A stretch of 64,000 nucleotides of DNA, from contig JANJGN010000032.1 in NCBI GenBank assembly GCA_026770705.1, forward strand, positions 18,600,001 to 18,664,000, read 5' to 3'. Under the pieces are notes generated by a model that saw only the letters and a program-made list of their open reading frames with translations, made no database searches and had not been told where the DNA came from. The translations under genes and the position numbers were made by a program. Positions 37,901-48,079 of the stretch are shown here, piece after piece. Each line of letters begins with the position of its first letter. Position 1 is the stretch's first letter. The DNA comes from Isurus oxyrinchus (taxonomy: Eukaryota).

Positions 37901-39573
37901 ATCTCGCCAACATCTCAAAATGCTTCACATACAAAGAATTACTTTTCAAGTGCAAACAATGCTGTTATGTAGGTAACCATAGAAAATCATTTTGCACAAA
38001 GTAAGATCCCATGATAACAATAATATGAATAACCAGCTGTGCTGTTTTCGTGGAGCTGGTTGAGGGTGAAATTTTGGCCAGGACATTTTAATGAATCTTT
38101 AAACTCCACCCAAACAGGTGAATGGAGCCTTGGTTTAACATTTCATTTATCACGGTATCTCCAGCTGTGTCTGTACTACAATCGAGTACAAGCCTAGATT
38201 GAGTCCTGGACTGGTGCTTGAACACACAATTTTCTGACTTGGAGATGGGAGTGTTATCAACTGAGCAAAGTTGATCGTTGATCAATGAATAACTACTGCA
38301 GTTTGATCCCACTACTTTTATTTATGAATTGTAAAATCTGTTCATGGGTCCAATTGAGAAATGGTTCTTCCCCCAGGGAAATATAAAAGGGCAAGTTGTG
38401 GATACTATTGAAAACAAAAAATATCTCACTTGGGTACAAGTATTCATTCACCAAAAAACAGTTAATTCTAGATTTTTTGGAAAATATTTGCGTACCAAAA
38501 GGTTTGCACTGTGAATTTTCAAAACTGTTTCTTCTGACCTCCAGACAGAAGTACCCTGCTCTGGGCCAGCATGAAGCAGAGGTTTAGCCAGGTTCTTCCT
38601 GGATGTCGAAAACCTTCCCAGGAGGCATTTTTGGACGAAGAGGTTTCCTGCTGTCTTGCCCGTGCCTTCCAGTCACCTCAGATGAGAATAAATAGGGAAA
38701 GAAACTGCACCAATCCAGTAGCCAAGATACTTGAGCAACAAGAAGTTATGGTGAGTAATACCACTGCCAAATAGGAATTTCTGCATCTTATCCCTTAATC
38801 AAGTGTGAATTTTGTTCCTGGGAAGGGAAAGGTCAATTTTCCGTACAATAACATTTGTGATTAGAACATATCAATCTAGATTTGTGACTTGTACAAACAT
38901 ACTTCAGCAATAGTTACAAGTTGACCAAAATATCTCTAAAACATTGACATAAATACATAGCTTTCAGAAAATGAGATGAAAGCCCCCATGAGAAATGGAA
39001 GAGCTTCCACGTCTTAAATTCCATTTTAATCTTTTTCAAATTGGCTGAGACCAAAATGAGTGAAGCAAAGATGCTACTTTTTATAGTGGATTTCAGTTTT
39101 GGACTGTAAGCACAGTTAGTTGTGTTGTAACCATTCAACAATATGTACATGCCCCTCCAAAGTATTTTTGTATTTTTTTTTCACAACGCCTGTGTAACTG
39201 GCTTAAATTAAAATCTGTCTCTGGTGCTAAAGGAACCTGAGCACAAATCTGTGTCAGCACTTCTTTAAGACAAGGTTGCCTTTCATCCTCCTTTAAAATT
39301 TGAATAACTTTATAAAACTTTCCAGCGACCTACATCATCATCTATTGAACAGATAGGTGTATTACAAGAGTCTAGCTGGAAGGGGCAGTTGATTTTCATT
39401 CCATTTTTCATAGCCTTTCAGATTTCTTTGCAGCCTGAAACTGACCCCAGAAGCTTTTTAATTGGTATTGTCTTGGATTCTAACGCTGTATTTCTGCTCT
39501 GCAGCACTTTGTCCCAATCGAGCTGCATCACCAGCCAGAAGTGTCTCCAACAATTCCTGTTGTCCGTTTATGA
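10790..39573 (+). CDS. TROAP: Tastin (trophinin-associated protein) orthologue, 15 coding exons, about 811 aa
   Basis: Exons 10790-10836, 11789-11984, 17050-17363, 18440-18585, 22508-22672, 22802-22956, 28219-28309, 30088-30221, 32189-32276, 33308-33432, 34595-34702, 35845-35982, 36564-37017, 38545-38750, 39505-39573; all GT-AG, phases consistent, no stops. Blocks match recalled human tastin: [112 protein letters not shown]. Confidence 0.85.
11789..11984 (+). CDS. TROAP: TROAP exon 2 (NKEN, SRLPIP, PDFKKLH)
   Basis: Acceptor cttggcag, donor aag|gtaagg; overlaps ORF 11832-12038. Confidence 0.85.
12115..14165 (+). mobile_element. CR1 3' fragment hosting the Harbinger insertion and a templated duplication
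   Basis: [13 protein letters not shown] and [13 protein letters not shown]; the 3'UTR resumes at 14137 (ctgtttctgtgctgtaaa). Confidence 0.75.
12630..14136 (-). mobile_element. Harbinger transposon deletion derivative with decayed HARBI1-like transposase, in TROAP intron 2
   Basis: ORF 13374-13775 [35 protein letters not shown] resembles the N-terminus of Harbinger transposases; ends ggcagaatc...aattccagcc; CTG duplication 12627-12629 and 14137-14139. Confidence 0.85.
15030..15457 (+). mobile_element. DeuSINE, near full length
   Basis: A box tggctcagttggt, B box gggttcaaattcc, Deu core, tail gctatataagtgcaagt. Confidence 0.8.
16490..16618 (+). repeat. Short copy of the hammerhead-motif element family (see 40202-40522)
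   Basis: cttgaatattgctgaa end plus tgaaatttggcattcttg...tgtcCTGATGAgcgcaagatGAAAagctttggca. Confidence 0.75.
17050..17363 (+). CDS. TROAP: TROAP exon 3 ([17 protein letters not shown]...NKEN)
   Basis: Acceptor cattttag, donor ta|gtaagt; includes ORF 17131-17364. Confidence 0.8.
17630..17850 (+). mobile_element. tRNA-derived SINE
   Basis: A-box-like tagcttggttgg and B-box-like ggttcaatccc. Confidence 0.55.
18440..18585 (+). CDS. TROAP: TROAP exon 4
   Basis: Acceptor tgtctccag; phase 2 in, phase 1 out; donor cag|gtgctt is weak and could instead lie at 18621. Confidence 0.65.
20160..20535 (+). mobile_element. DeuSINE
   Basis: Same head and core as 15030-15457. Confidence 0.75.
21451..22195 (-). 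mobile_element. 5'-truncated CR1, same young subfamily as 104-1013
   Basis: ORF 21666-22196 nearly identical in protein to the 35-934 ORFs; 3' tail (ttcttgttct) at 21451. Confidence 0.95.
22508..22672 (+). CDS. TROAP: TROAP exon 5 (conserved [13 protein letters not shown] block)
   Basis: Acceptor ttgtag, donor cag|gtattt; phase 1/1. Confidence 0.85.
22802..22956 (+). CDS. TROAP: TROAP exon 6
   Basis: Acceptor ggtgtag, donor gtg|gtaggt; ORF 22816-23022. Confidence 0.75.
23156..24596. mobile_element. Tc1/pogo (Tigger-like) non-autonomous fold-back element
   Basis: TA|CAGTAAGTC ... GACTTACTG|TA termini; internal inverted arms about 23460-23552 versus 23966-24056. Confidence 0.75.
23558..23684. 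mobile_element. Small Harbinger-type MITE nested in the pogo-like element
   Basis: Inverted ends gggattttccagc / gctggaaaatccc. Confidence 0.7.
25795..26120 (-). mobile_element. CR1 3' fragment(s)
   Basis: acagcaaagaaacaggccattcggccc and attgaatctgcccccaccacactcaggcagtgc. Confidence 0.7.
28219..28309 (+). CDS. TROAP: TROAP exon 7 ([27 protein letters not shown])
   Basis: Strong acceptor tttcttgcag, donor gag|gtaacc; resembles human RASAYL..PARASCFSRL. Confidence 0.85.
30088..30221 (+). CDS. TROAP: TROAP exon 8
   Basis: Acceptor ttccctttcag; donor ttg|gtctgt uncertain; phases fit the neighbours. Confidence 0.65.
30828..31425 (-). mobile_element. CR1 LINE 3' fragment
   Basis: ORF 30921-31289 [14 protein letters not shown]...[14 protein letters not shown]; atagaaac tail repeats. 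Confidence 0.9.
32189..32276 (+). CDS. TROAP: TROAP exon 9
   Basis: Acceptor ctctcttcag, donor aag|gtagat; phase 0/1. Confidence 0.75.
32798..32853 (+). repeat. G-rich tract (G-quadruplex potential)
   Basis: At least five runs of 5 or more G separated by short linkers. Confidence 0.7.
33308..33432 (+). CDS. TROAP: TROAP exon 10
   Basis: Acceptor ttttcag, donor gtg|gtcagt; ORF 33289-33480. Confidence 0.75.
34595..34702 (+). CDS. TROAP: TROAP exon 11
   Basis: Acceptor ttcctacag with upstream ctaac branch motif; donor atg|gtgggt; 36 codons. Confidence 0.75.
35215..35665 (-). mobile_element. DeuSINE
   Basis: Reverse complement of the Deu core (aatattggccaggacaccggggagaactcc). Confidence 0.8.
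35845..35982 (+). CDS. TROAP: TROAP exon 12 ([13 protein letters not shown])
   Basis: Acceptor ctattttag, donor ctg|gtaaag; 46 codons. Confidence 0.8.
36564..37017 (+). CDS. TROAP: TROAP exon 13 ([15 protein letters not shown]...)
   Basis: Acceptor ttttacag, donor gag|gtgagc; ORF 36600-37067. Confidence 0.85.
37150..37350 (+). mobile_element. RTE-clade LINE fragment
   Basis: Translates to [21 protein letters not shown], typical of the RTE ORF C-terminus. Confidence 0.65.
37865..38272 (-). mobile_element. Degenerate DeuSINE
   Basis: ttggccaggaca and ccttggtttaacatttcat match the reverse Deu core; L2-like tail at 37870. Confidence 0.65.
38545..38750 (+). CDS. TROAP: TROAP exon 14 (conserved C-terminal block)
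   Basis: EAFLDEEVS...[15 protein letters not shown]; donor atg|gtgagt. Confidence 0.9.
39505..39573 (+). CDS. TROAP: TROAP final coding exon ([22 protein letters not shown])
   Basis: Acceptor tttctgctctgcag; HFVPI completes the motif equivalent to human CFIPV; TGA 39571-39573. Confidence 0.85.
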   Translation, partial: HFVPIELHHQPEVSPTIPVVRL

Positions 39574-40201
39574 GGAGCAAACAAGGCTTACCCCCGTTGT
39601 TATGAAGTTCAGTATTTTCGTTCCTTTTCTTCATCTGTATCAATGCCTCTAATTCTGGTGAGGAGACAGGTTTAGTTGTGGACGCTTCAAGATCTTGATT
39701 GACTGTGCTTCTGGGTATATTACCAGTAGGATAGCTGCTTTTCAATATCCGTGGTGATTCCTTGCTAAAACAGAAAAGCTGTGCTTTATCTACGCAATAC
39801 TCAAGTTGTCCCACTTGTAGAAGGGAACATTTTGTGATCAATCAACTATATAAACTACCTAATTAGCACAAGTATCCTAGTGGCATAACCTGCTGTCTTA
39901 TGGTCAGTTTCATCACTGTAGAAATTGTCTAATATTTAAAATACATTTTCACTTTCATCAGAAATGATGCGCTCTCTGACATTGAAGACTTTTGCTTTTG
40001 ATTGTGAGTTCCAGCATTAATTACTTTTTTGTCCTGCTATCCTTTTAAAGGTCTCTAGCTAAAGACGACAGATTAAACTTTACTCCTAATGCGTGTACTC
40101 TCATAATTAACACTAACACTTTAACCAGTTGGTTCAGATCTTTTTGTGGGGCTTTGTTTTCTCAAATTTGTGATGTGAAAAAGATAAGATTAGAAATGTT
40201 C

Positions 40202-40522
40202 CTTCAATATTGCTGAAACCTTTTGTCTTGTACTCATCAGGACAAACACAAGAATGCCAAATTTCAAAATATCACAACAGTTTATATTACTGGAGAAAAG
40301 GGTGCTGATTGGTTAGCAAGTCAACTCTGGCCAAGGTGTTGCCATGGAGAAAGCGATGGGAAACTACAGGCTCCCCAAAGGTCAACTTGCCAACCAATCA
40401 GCACCCTTTTCTCCTAAAATATATATTGTGATCGTTTGAAATTTGATATTCTTGTGTTTATCCTGATGATTGCAAGAGGAAATGCTTCGGCAACATGTCC
40501 TCTCTTTTCAGCAATATTCAAG
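40202..40522. mobile_element. Palindromic element of about 320 bp with a hammerhead-like motif in each arm
   Basis: Arms are reverse complements (cttcaatattgctgaa / ttcagcaatattcaag; ggagaaaagggtgctgattggtt / aaccaatcagcacccttttctcc); CTGATGA..GAAA cores at 40219-40244 (-) and 40459-40492 (+). Confidence 0.8.
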
Positions 40523-41369
40523 AAATGTCACTGCAAATTTTTTGAAGTTGTTTGTTTAAACATCACGGAACTCTTGCAGTTTCACAATCTTGAATTGTAT
40601 CAGTTAAATGTAATATTCTCTGTAAACAGAAAGCAGGGGTGGCAACAATATGACTACTGCCACACAATTAAGGGAAGGTATTGGCAGTTTTCCAACTGAA
40701 GACCTTAAGTGTATATAAGTGTATATCAGTCACATGACTGATCCTGCAGTATAAGGACAAGATTTTTTTTTCTAACTGTCCCAAAGATGTAAAAATTTCT
40801 CTGTAAGTTGGATTGCTGGCCAAATGTAAAATAACCTGTTAATACTGTTCCCAAAGTCATTTGGAGTTGAATCAGATTCAAACAGGAGTGTTCAACTTTT
40901 AAGATCTAACCAGAATTTGTCTTTTGTGCCACCACTAAACCATGCTTACGAATGTTTTAAAAAGTACCTGTCCTACATCTCTCTATTGTTTGGTGTCGCT
41001 ACAACCTAATATGAGGCATCATATTTTCACCAGTGCTAATCTTCATTAAGGAAATATGGCCTGACACAAATTTAGTGATGTCTTGGTTTCCTGTTCCCCG
41101 TTGAAAGGAACATCAGAACGCTTTCCTCTCAGCCAGGGTTGAGTTTTAATACTTGATAATCCCAGTTAATAATTTACTGATAAGCAAATGACCTGAATTT
41201 GAATATCAGTAAAACTGTTCCACTACACTTTTTAGGCAGAAAATATTTGGGTCCTGAGTTCATCCCTTGATTTTGGTTAGGCACTTATAGAGCCCTACAA
41301 GTTACACAACAAATTGAAGCCCCACTTAATTATTTTTAACTTTAAATGGTTGGCTCCTCCTTCAGCTTT

Positions 41370-41628
41370 TTCCATATTACATGGGGTCACCTCAATGCTG
41401 GTTGATTACCCTTCATATCAACCATCATTTTTAGATTTAGTGGTTGGTTTTACAGCCAGATACCCTTCCTGCTGCTAATCCTCCCATTTATCCAGGCTGG
41501 GATCTGGCACCATTACACACTGGCCTGCCTGCACCAGTGGCTGGGTTCTTTCATAGCCAACCAGGAGCAGGATTTGAGCCTGAGGACTTCTGGCTCAGAG
41601 GCAGCTACCCCCTGAGCCACTCCAGCTC
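41370..41628 (-). mobile_element. tRNA-derived SINE in the putative 3'UTR
   Basis: Reverse A/B-box-like head (ggatttgagcc...ctgagccac), similar to the head at 57310-57365. Confidence 0.55.
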
Positions 41629-41919
41629 CTATTTTGAACTTTAAATAGTTTCTGTAGGTGAACCATTCCAATCCTGGATATTCTGTTTTTGGTTTTAATT
41701 TTTGCCTTACAGGGAAAACTACACTGTAGCCTGACTCACTATTGTAGGATAGATTTAGAATTTCTTAATTGAAACATTCAGATTTTCCATTAAAATTATA
41801 ATACTTTACTGTAAATGTCTCAGCTAAATCTGGCAATGTATCTGTGAAGTTTATCTTTAATCTTTAAATGTCTAATGAGTGCCTTTGTAGTCCATTCTGG
41901 CTATACTGGTCTATTAAAC

Positions 41920-42000
41920 ATTTTGTATGCCTTGTACATTTTTGTATATGTAACTACTATGCAAATAAAGCTTTATTATGAATACTTCTGTGTTTCTTTT
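41920..42000 (+). terminator. Polyadenylation region of TROAP
   Basis: Cluster of TGTA motifs, AATAAA 41964-41969, downstream GU/U-rich tctgtgtttctttt. Confidence 0.65.
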
Positions 42001-42156
42001 GAAATGGGATGTATTTAACAAAGAACACAGTGAAACTTAGTTTATATCATTGCACCTGCACTAATCGATGGTCACGATAAAGAGACATCAAATTTACCCC
42101 CCCCCCCCCCCCACGGCCTGGAAACGTGCCAGTGGCAGAACGTAAAATTCTGGTCC

Positions 42157-42353
42157 AAAACAGAAAATGCTGGAAAAACTCAGTAGGTCTCAGTGTCTGT
42201 GGAAAGAGAAAGAGTTGATGTTTTGAGTCCACATGACCCTTATGAAACGTTAACTCTGTTTCTCTCTCCACAGATGCTGTCAGACCTGCTGGGTTTTTCC
42301 AGCATTTTCTGTTTTTGTTTCAGATTTCCAGCATCTGCAGTATTTTGCTTTTA
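42157..42353. mobile_element. Palindrome of two Penelope terminal segments
   Basis: aaaacagaaaatgctggaaaaactcag / ctgggtttttccagcattttctgtttt; homologous to 8022-8100. Confidence 0.8.
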
Positions 42354-45159
42354 TCATTAAAATTCTGCTCAATAGTTTATTTTCTACTAATCACTCCAAA
42401 AAGTGCTGACCTTTGCTGGGATTCCTGAAATTTAGTACCTCGCCCAAGTGATCTTTGCTGAGGTGTGATTCTCACGGGTAAATGTTGGTAGGTTATTTGG
42501 CTATGGTTTCACATCTGAACCCAGCTGCATTCTCTCATCTGAACTTCACATGTGCTCTTTCCAACAAGAGTCAAGTGGAAACACTGGTTGATTTCCTTGC
42601 CGCTCCCCCCCCTCCAACCGCCAGCCAACTTGGCTGAGGGACAGCTCTGACCAATATGGTGGCCCCACCACTACCCAACCTGAAACTAATTCAACACAAA
42701 ACAACAATCAAAGTTCCATTCTGTAGTGTTCAGCTGCTTGCCTATGTGTGTCTAGTATCTGTTCTTTGTGTGTGATTGGTTAAGCCTGGATGTGGTGACA
42801 GAAAAAGAAACTCAACATAGGCAAGCAACTGTATGCATGACAGCAGACATTTTAAAGCATCATTTCTGCATATCTCCAAAGCTCAAAACCCAACACATTT
42901 AAACAGCCAACACAGAGCCCTGATTTAACGGAACTCCTTAACTTATATTGGTTCAATCAAAACGCCTCATTACTGCACTAAAGGGTAGCAGTCCATTGTA
43001 TAACATGATATATCTTTATAGTATGGCCCGTGGAGTAAAACACATGGCCTTTTGAGCTGAATGACCTGCTATTGTACTGTACATACAATGTAATCTATTT
43101 CCTGACTCTCTGGCCTACTGTATCTCAAGGCAAATTCTTGTGTGCATTACTAATGCTGTAACTTCAGGTCCCTCTGATAAAAGCAGCAAGATTAGTTTGA
43201 GAAAGATACCTGATCAAAGTGGCAACACAAGGCAGCACATGAATTTCAAACAGATGGTATTCTTGGCTGTTTCCAAGGATTATGAATGATTGCAAATCCA
43301 TTTTACATGGGGAGATTGTACTTTAGGGTGAAGACCAACCATCAGTAGCTAGTTAACCGTCCCTCTCTCGCCTCTGCAATGTGTATTAGGATTTCATTTA
43401 ACCTCCAACCAATTTATTTTCTCCTAAATAAAACAAATTTTATAATAGTTCTGGACATAAAGTGATTGCAGTTATCAATCATGTGCTATCGGGACTTGTC
43501 TCTACATCCTGCTAAGGTTTGGCCATGTTTTGTTTCTCGTAGCCATATGGATCTTTTACATAGGAATTGTCCGCACACTAATTACAATCTCCACATATTT
43601 TGAAATGGAACGGGAAGTTGGGTTGCCAGAAGATGGTGCTGTTCACAATTTTTTTTAACTCGCTGGTCTCTGCCCTGTTTCTTTTTTACAACCTGGGTGT
43701 TGCCAACACCCTCCGTATTAACTTAAATTTTTCAATATTCAGTAATTAGTATAAATGGTTGTGTGTATAATTTGAGTAACTGTCTAACAGAAATTTGTTT
43801 CAATTATTTACATGAGAATATATGATTGCAAAAAGTGGCTAATGTTTTTAATTGACTTAAATAAGATTTAAAAAAAATAAAAGCTGTATCTATCTCAATA
43901 CTATCTCCCATAACTGTGCTACTATGAAGATGATCAGATATTTACCACAGAATAACTTCTGCTCTGTGTTGTAGATTAGAGGTTTCCCCTGGGTCCATTG
44001 TATATATTTGTGCGATGTGCTTCTACCGTCCAGAAACCTGATGTTGGAATACACTGGTAGCTGTCGGCCATTTCTCGCATCTTTTATCATTAGTCAGCTG
44101 TCTGCCTTGAAATTACAAAGTGAGGTCTTGGTTTTAGCAGAGGTATTTACCAACTTTAGAAAGATTTCACAGTAACCTGTTATCCCACAGTATCATTTCA
44201 AGTACCACAGTGTATTAATTACATGGTGTATTAAATAAACTCTGTATCTAAGAATAAGGGTTGAAAAAGGACATAATTATGCCTGTGTTAAGCTGCAACA
44301 TATGTATGAAAATTTATGATTAAGATATTTAATAAATAGAATATTAGCCCCTTAATTTCTCTAACAGACTTTCACATTTGTGGAAACTTCCTTCTATTGT
44401 TATGATACCAATGATGGTGCTTAATATTGTACTTTAGTATCAAAACAACAATAGAAGTACTATGGTGAGGTGAATGTGACCAGGACTACATTTCTAGAAA
44501 TATTCTAGAGAAGTTGGATTATCTATATTGTCTCATCAATACCCTGGAACCTAATCACAGCTACATAGTGAATCCATATCATTGGTAGGAAAATGTTGGT
44601 AGTCATTCAGTGAGGAATGAGTGGTTGTATTGCAATGTTGGGTTCTTCCTCCTCTACTTGTGGCCTCTGGAGTATTATTTATAGCCAGCCAGTCCAGTGG
44701 AATACCTGTAATACAATAGGTATCCCATATTGTTAGGGCAACCAGAGACCTTTGTAAAATTGAAGAGACACCTCTGAGAGGGTGATTTGCATTTACCTGC
44801 TGACATCTTGTGCCAGACCTGGCAGAGACCAGATGTTTATATGCTGCCTTCTGGAGGATGGTCCCTTTAAGCAACTTTAGGGACCAGACTCCTGCAGCAA
44901 CAGAGATTTTCCAACCCCCACAAGCAGAAACCTTCCAAAAATATTTATATTGAGATTACCCCAGGGAATTTGTTGAGGTCAACAGCACAGCTATGTGTTT
45001 TTCATTTGCTGCTTGGCAATGGAGTTTAAGCAAAGTTTCAGCTGGAGGTAATTGCTTTGACTAGAAGATTGGTTTCGCCATTGTAGGGGATACACTCTGA
45101 CTCTTGACTTTTAACAGTTAGCTGTTCTCCTTGGTGATAACACCAACTTCTACAATGCA

Positions 45160-45510
45160 GTTGGAACCATATAATAGCACAGCACAGAAGGAGGCCATTC
45201 TGCCCACTGAATCTGTGCTGGTTCTTTCGAAGAATAATCCAGTTTGTCCAACTCCCTGGCTCTTTCCCTATGTGCTGCAATTTTTTTCTCCTTCAAGTAT
45301 TTATCTAATTCCCTTTTGAAGGCTACAATTGAATCTGTCTCCACCATCCACTCAGGCAGTGCCATCCAAATCCTAATCACTCATTGCATTAAAAAAAGTT
45401 TTTCCTCATGTCGCCTCTGATTCTGTTACAATCACCTTAAATCTGTGCTCTCTGATTATTGACCCTTCAGTCATTGGAAACGGTTTCTCTTTATTTACAC
45501 TATCTAACTC
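45160..45510 (-). mobile_element. CR1 3' fragment
   Basis: ORF 45150-45380 IWMALPEWMVETDSIVAFKRELDKYL. Confidence 0.8.
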
Positions 45511-48079
45511 CTTTTTGAGTGTAGAACCTTTGTCAGAAACCAGTCATGACCATAGTTGATTAAAAAATACTGGCAGAAAACTAGGAAAGCAACTTGACCC
45601 TACTTGTCACTGATGGTAGCTAAAGTGTTTTACAAAATTCTCCCACAGCTCAAAAGCACCATTTCCAGATTCTCACCTCTTCCTCTCATAACATTGCTCC
45701 CAGTTTCTGCTCCCTTCTCTATCGACATCCATATCTCCTTAGCATGCTTTGATCTTAGTCCTCCTGTGAAGTGCTTCCAGCTAATGCATGCTGTAAACAG
45801 GAACTCCTGTTCTCATGAGGACCCTCACCCACTGTACACAGCAACTGGAGCCATTTCCATATGAGCAACAAGGTGCCCGTTGCACACTGATTCAGCAAAT
45901 TCGGAAACACCAATGGTTGGCATGTATGTAAAAACACTGGATTACAGTACAATTTTATAAGGTATTTCAGTCAGTGTTTTTGAAGGGTGGAAAGCTCTAG
46001 AGCTTTCAAAGTCCAAGGGATTCAGACACTTTCACCAGCTATCTCCTTAGACTCTGATCTGTTTTGAACCTTATGTTGAATGAGGAAAAGGACAGGATAC
46101 AAAGTAAACCATTAAATGTGTGTGGGACGATTGGAGCTCTTTCAGAGAGCCATGGCAAGCAGAGTGGGCTGAATGGCCTCCTCCTGTGCTGGATGATTCC
46201 ATGAAACTCTCAAAACTAAGGGTTTCTCATTATATCATAGTTTGCCACCAATTTTAATGTCACTCTCCACTTTTGCTTCTGTCAAGCAATGATAGAAAAC
46301 AGTCCTCTCTATCTTTCTCATTCAAAGAAGTGGGGAGAGAATCCAGAATAAGATCATGTGGCTCAGAAGAAATAGTTCCAATTTTCTTTTTGTAGTTGCA
46401 AGTACATATTCAGGTAGGTAAACACAAGCGATGAATAGGCTACCAACAATCACTAGACACAGTGTTGGTAAATGATTTAACTGTAGTTCTACAGCTGAGT
46501 CCGATTCTGGATTTCTCAGCAGGGTCACTCAACAGGCATCAGGAATGGGAATTATAGATTATGTTTTCTATGGAGCACTTGTAGACTTTCATTGCCGATC
46601 AGCTATCTCAGCATAGACCAGGGATTGAATGTGAGACTTTCCTGGTCTATATTACTGGGGGACTCATTATACAGCTCAGGGCTGATTTCAGTTCCACGTT
46701 AAACTTGCTTTAGGAAGCAGTTTGGAATTGAATCAAATTTTGAAGTTGCATGTAAATTGAGAAAATGTTTGGTGGTTGGGAAACTGCAGAGCAGCACTAA
46801 CGAATGTCTGCAACACATGTTTCTTGTTAATGTTTTTCCTGTCTCTGACAAGTGGTTCATGACAGAAACAGCTGTTAATCTAATAATTAATAAATGAAAC
46901 AAATGTAAAGAAAGTGAAGCCAGGCTTTCCGTAGAAATCGGGTCCTCAGACAAACACGAATGGATAATTGTCTGGAGAATATGCATGACATTAAAGATGA
47001 ATGAGGCTGCCTTGGAGAATAATGCAAGTTTACTATTCTCTCTTACTATTTCATTTCTTCCTCTCTGTACTTTTCTATGTCATCTGTTTAATATTTTCCT
47101 CCCAGTTTTCACCCCACTCTTGCTGGATATGGCTCAATTGATACTAGCAGCCCTCTTTGTGTGTAGGACTAGTCTGGGAATTCAACTAGTAAGCCAATAT
47201 GATGTCCAAATACTTCTTTTTGATGCCTCAGAGTATCAGCCTAACTTTCATGGCATGGACAAATCAATGTTGATGCAAAGTTGAAACAGCTTTGAATTCT
47301 TGCAAAATGTGTAATATAACTCAGCCCATGAAACAGTCCTAGTGTTGAGGGTTTGACAATCCCTCACTGTTAATATAGTGACTTTAACGGTAATTCTGTG
47401 CAACCTAGGAATACTCCAATGACATAGGGTCAGCATACTGGACAAAATGTTGATTTTAATATAATGTGACAAGTGGCACATGGCACGATTTAGGAAACAA
47501 TCTTTCAGAGACCTTTCTTTTGTTAGAAACTGTTTGAACACGCAGCGTATCAATTGTTTTTCTTTCTCTGAGTCAGCAAACTAGTTGGAAAGAAAATAAA
47601 AATGCAGTGGACTTTAAGCAAAGAGAAAAAAAATCATTCCAGAAATCAGAGCTGTCAGAACAATGGGGATGACACACAGGGTCAGAGGAAAGTGGTGTGT
47701 CTGGATTTAGCTGATGCGATTTTTAAAAACTTTTCTTTGTTCTGTTTGCAAAAGGGGGATAAACACTGAGTTTATCAAGAGGTGGTTAAAAACACTGGGA
47801 TTTTGCTGATCTTGTTCATGCTGGAACTCAAAGCTCAGCCAGCACAGCAGATCTGTGAGTGATAGTTACCATTCATTGTTCATAATGGTGGCCTTGCATT
47901 TCAGATGCTGATGCTGAGAATCACAGCTCCATGACAACAGTCAGCACATAACATAGCTGTGGAAGCAGCATGGACACCAGTAAAGAGACAGTTTTATATT
48001 ATAGCCACTTCACGTTGTAAAGTAAATTTTCATCTCTGTTTTAAGGTTAACAAATGTTCAAGAGAATTGTCAAGGTCAG

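Noticed and set aside
39458-39841. 127-aa antisense ORF
   Set aside because: No recognisable homology; overlaps the real last exon on the opposite strand
41713-41772. Alternative last coding exon of TROAP
   Set aside because: Good acceptor, but it lacks the conserved FxP motif found at 39505; at most a 3'UTR splice
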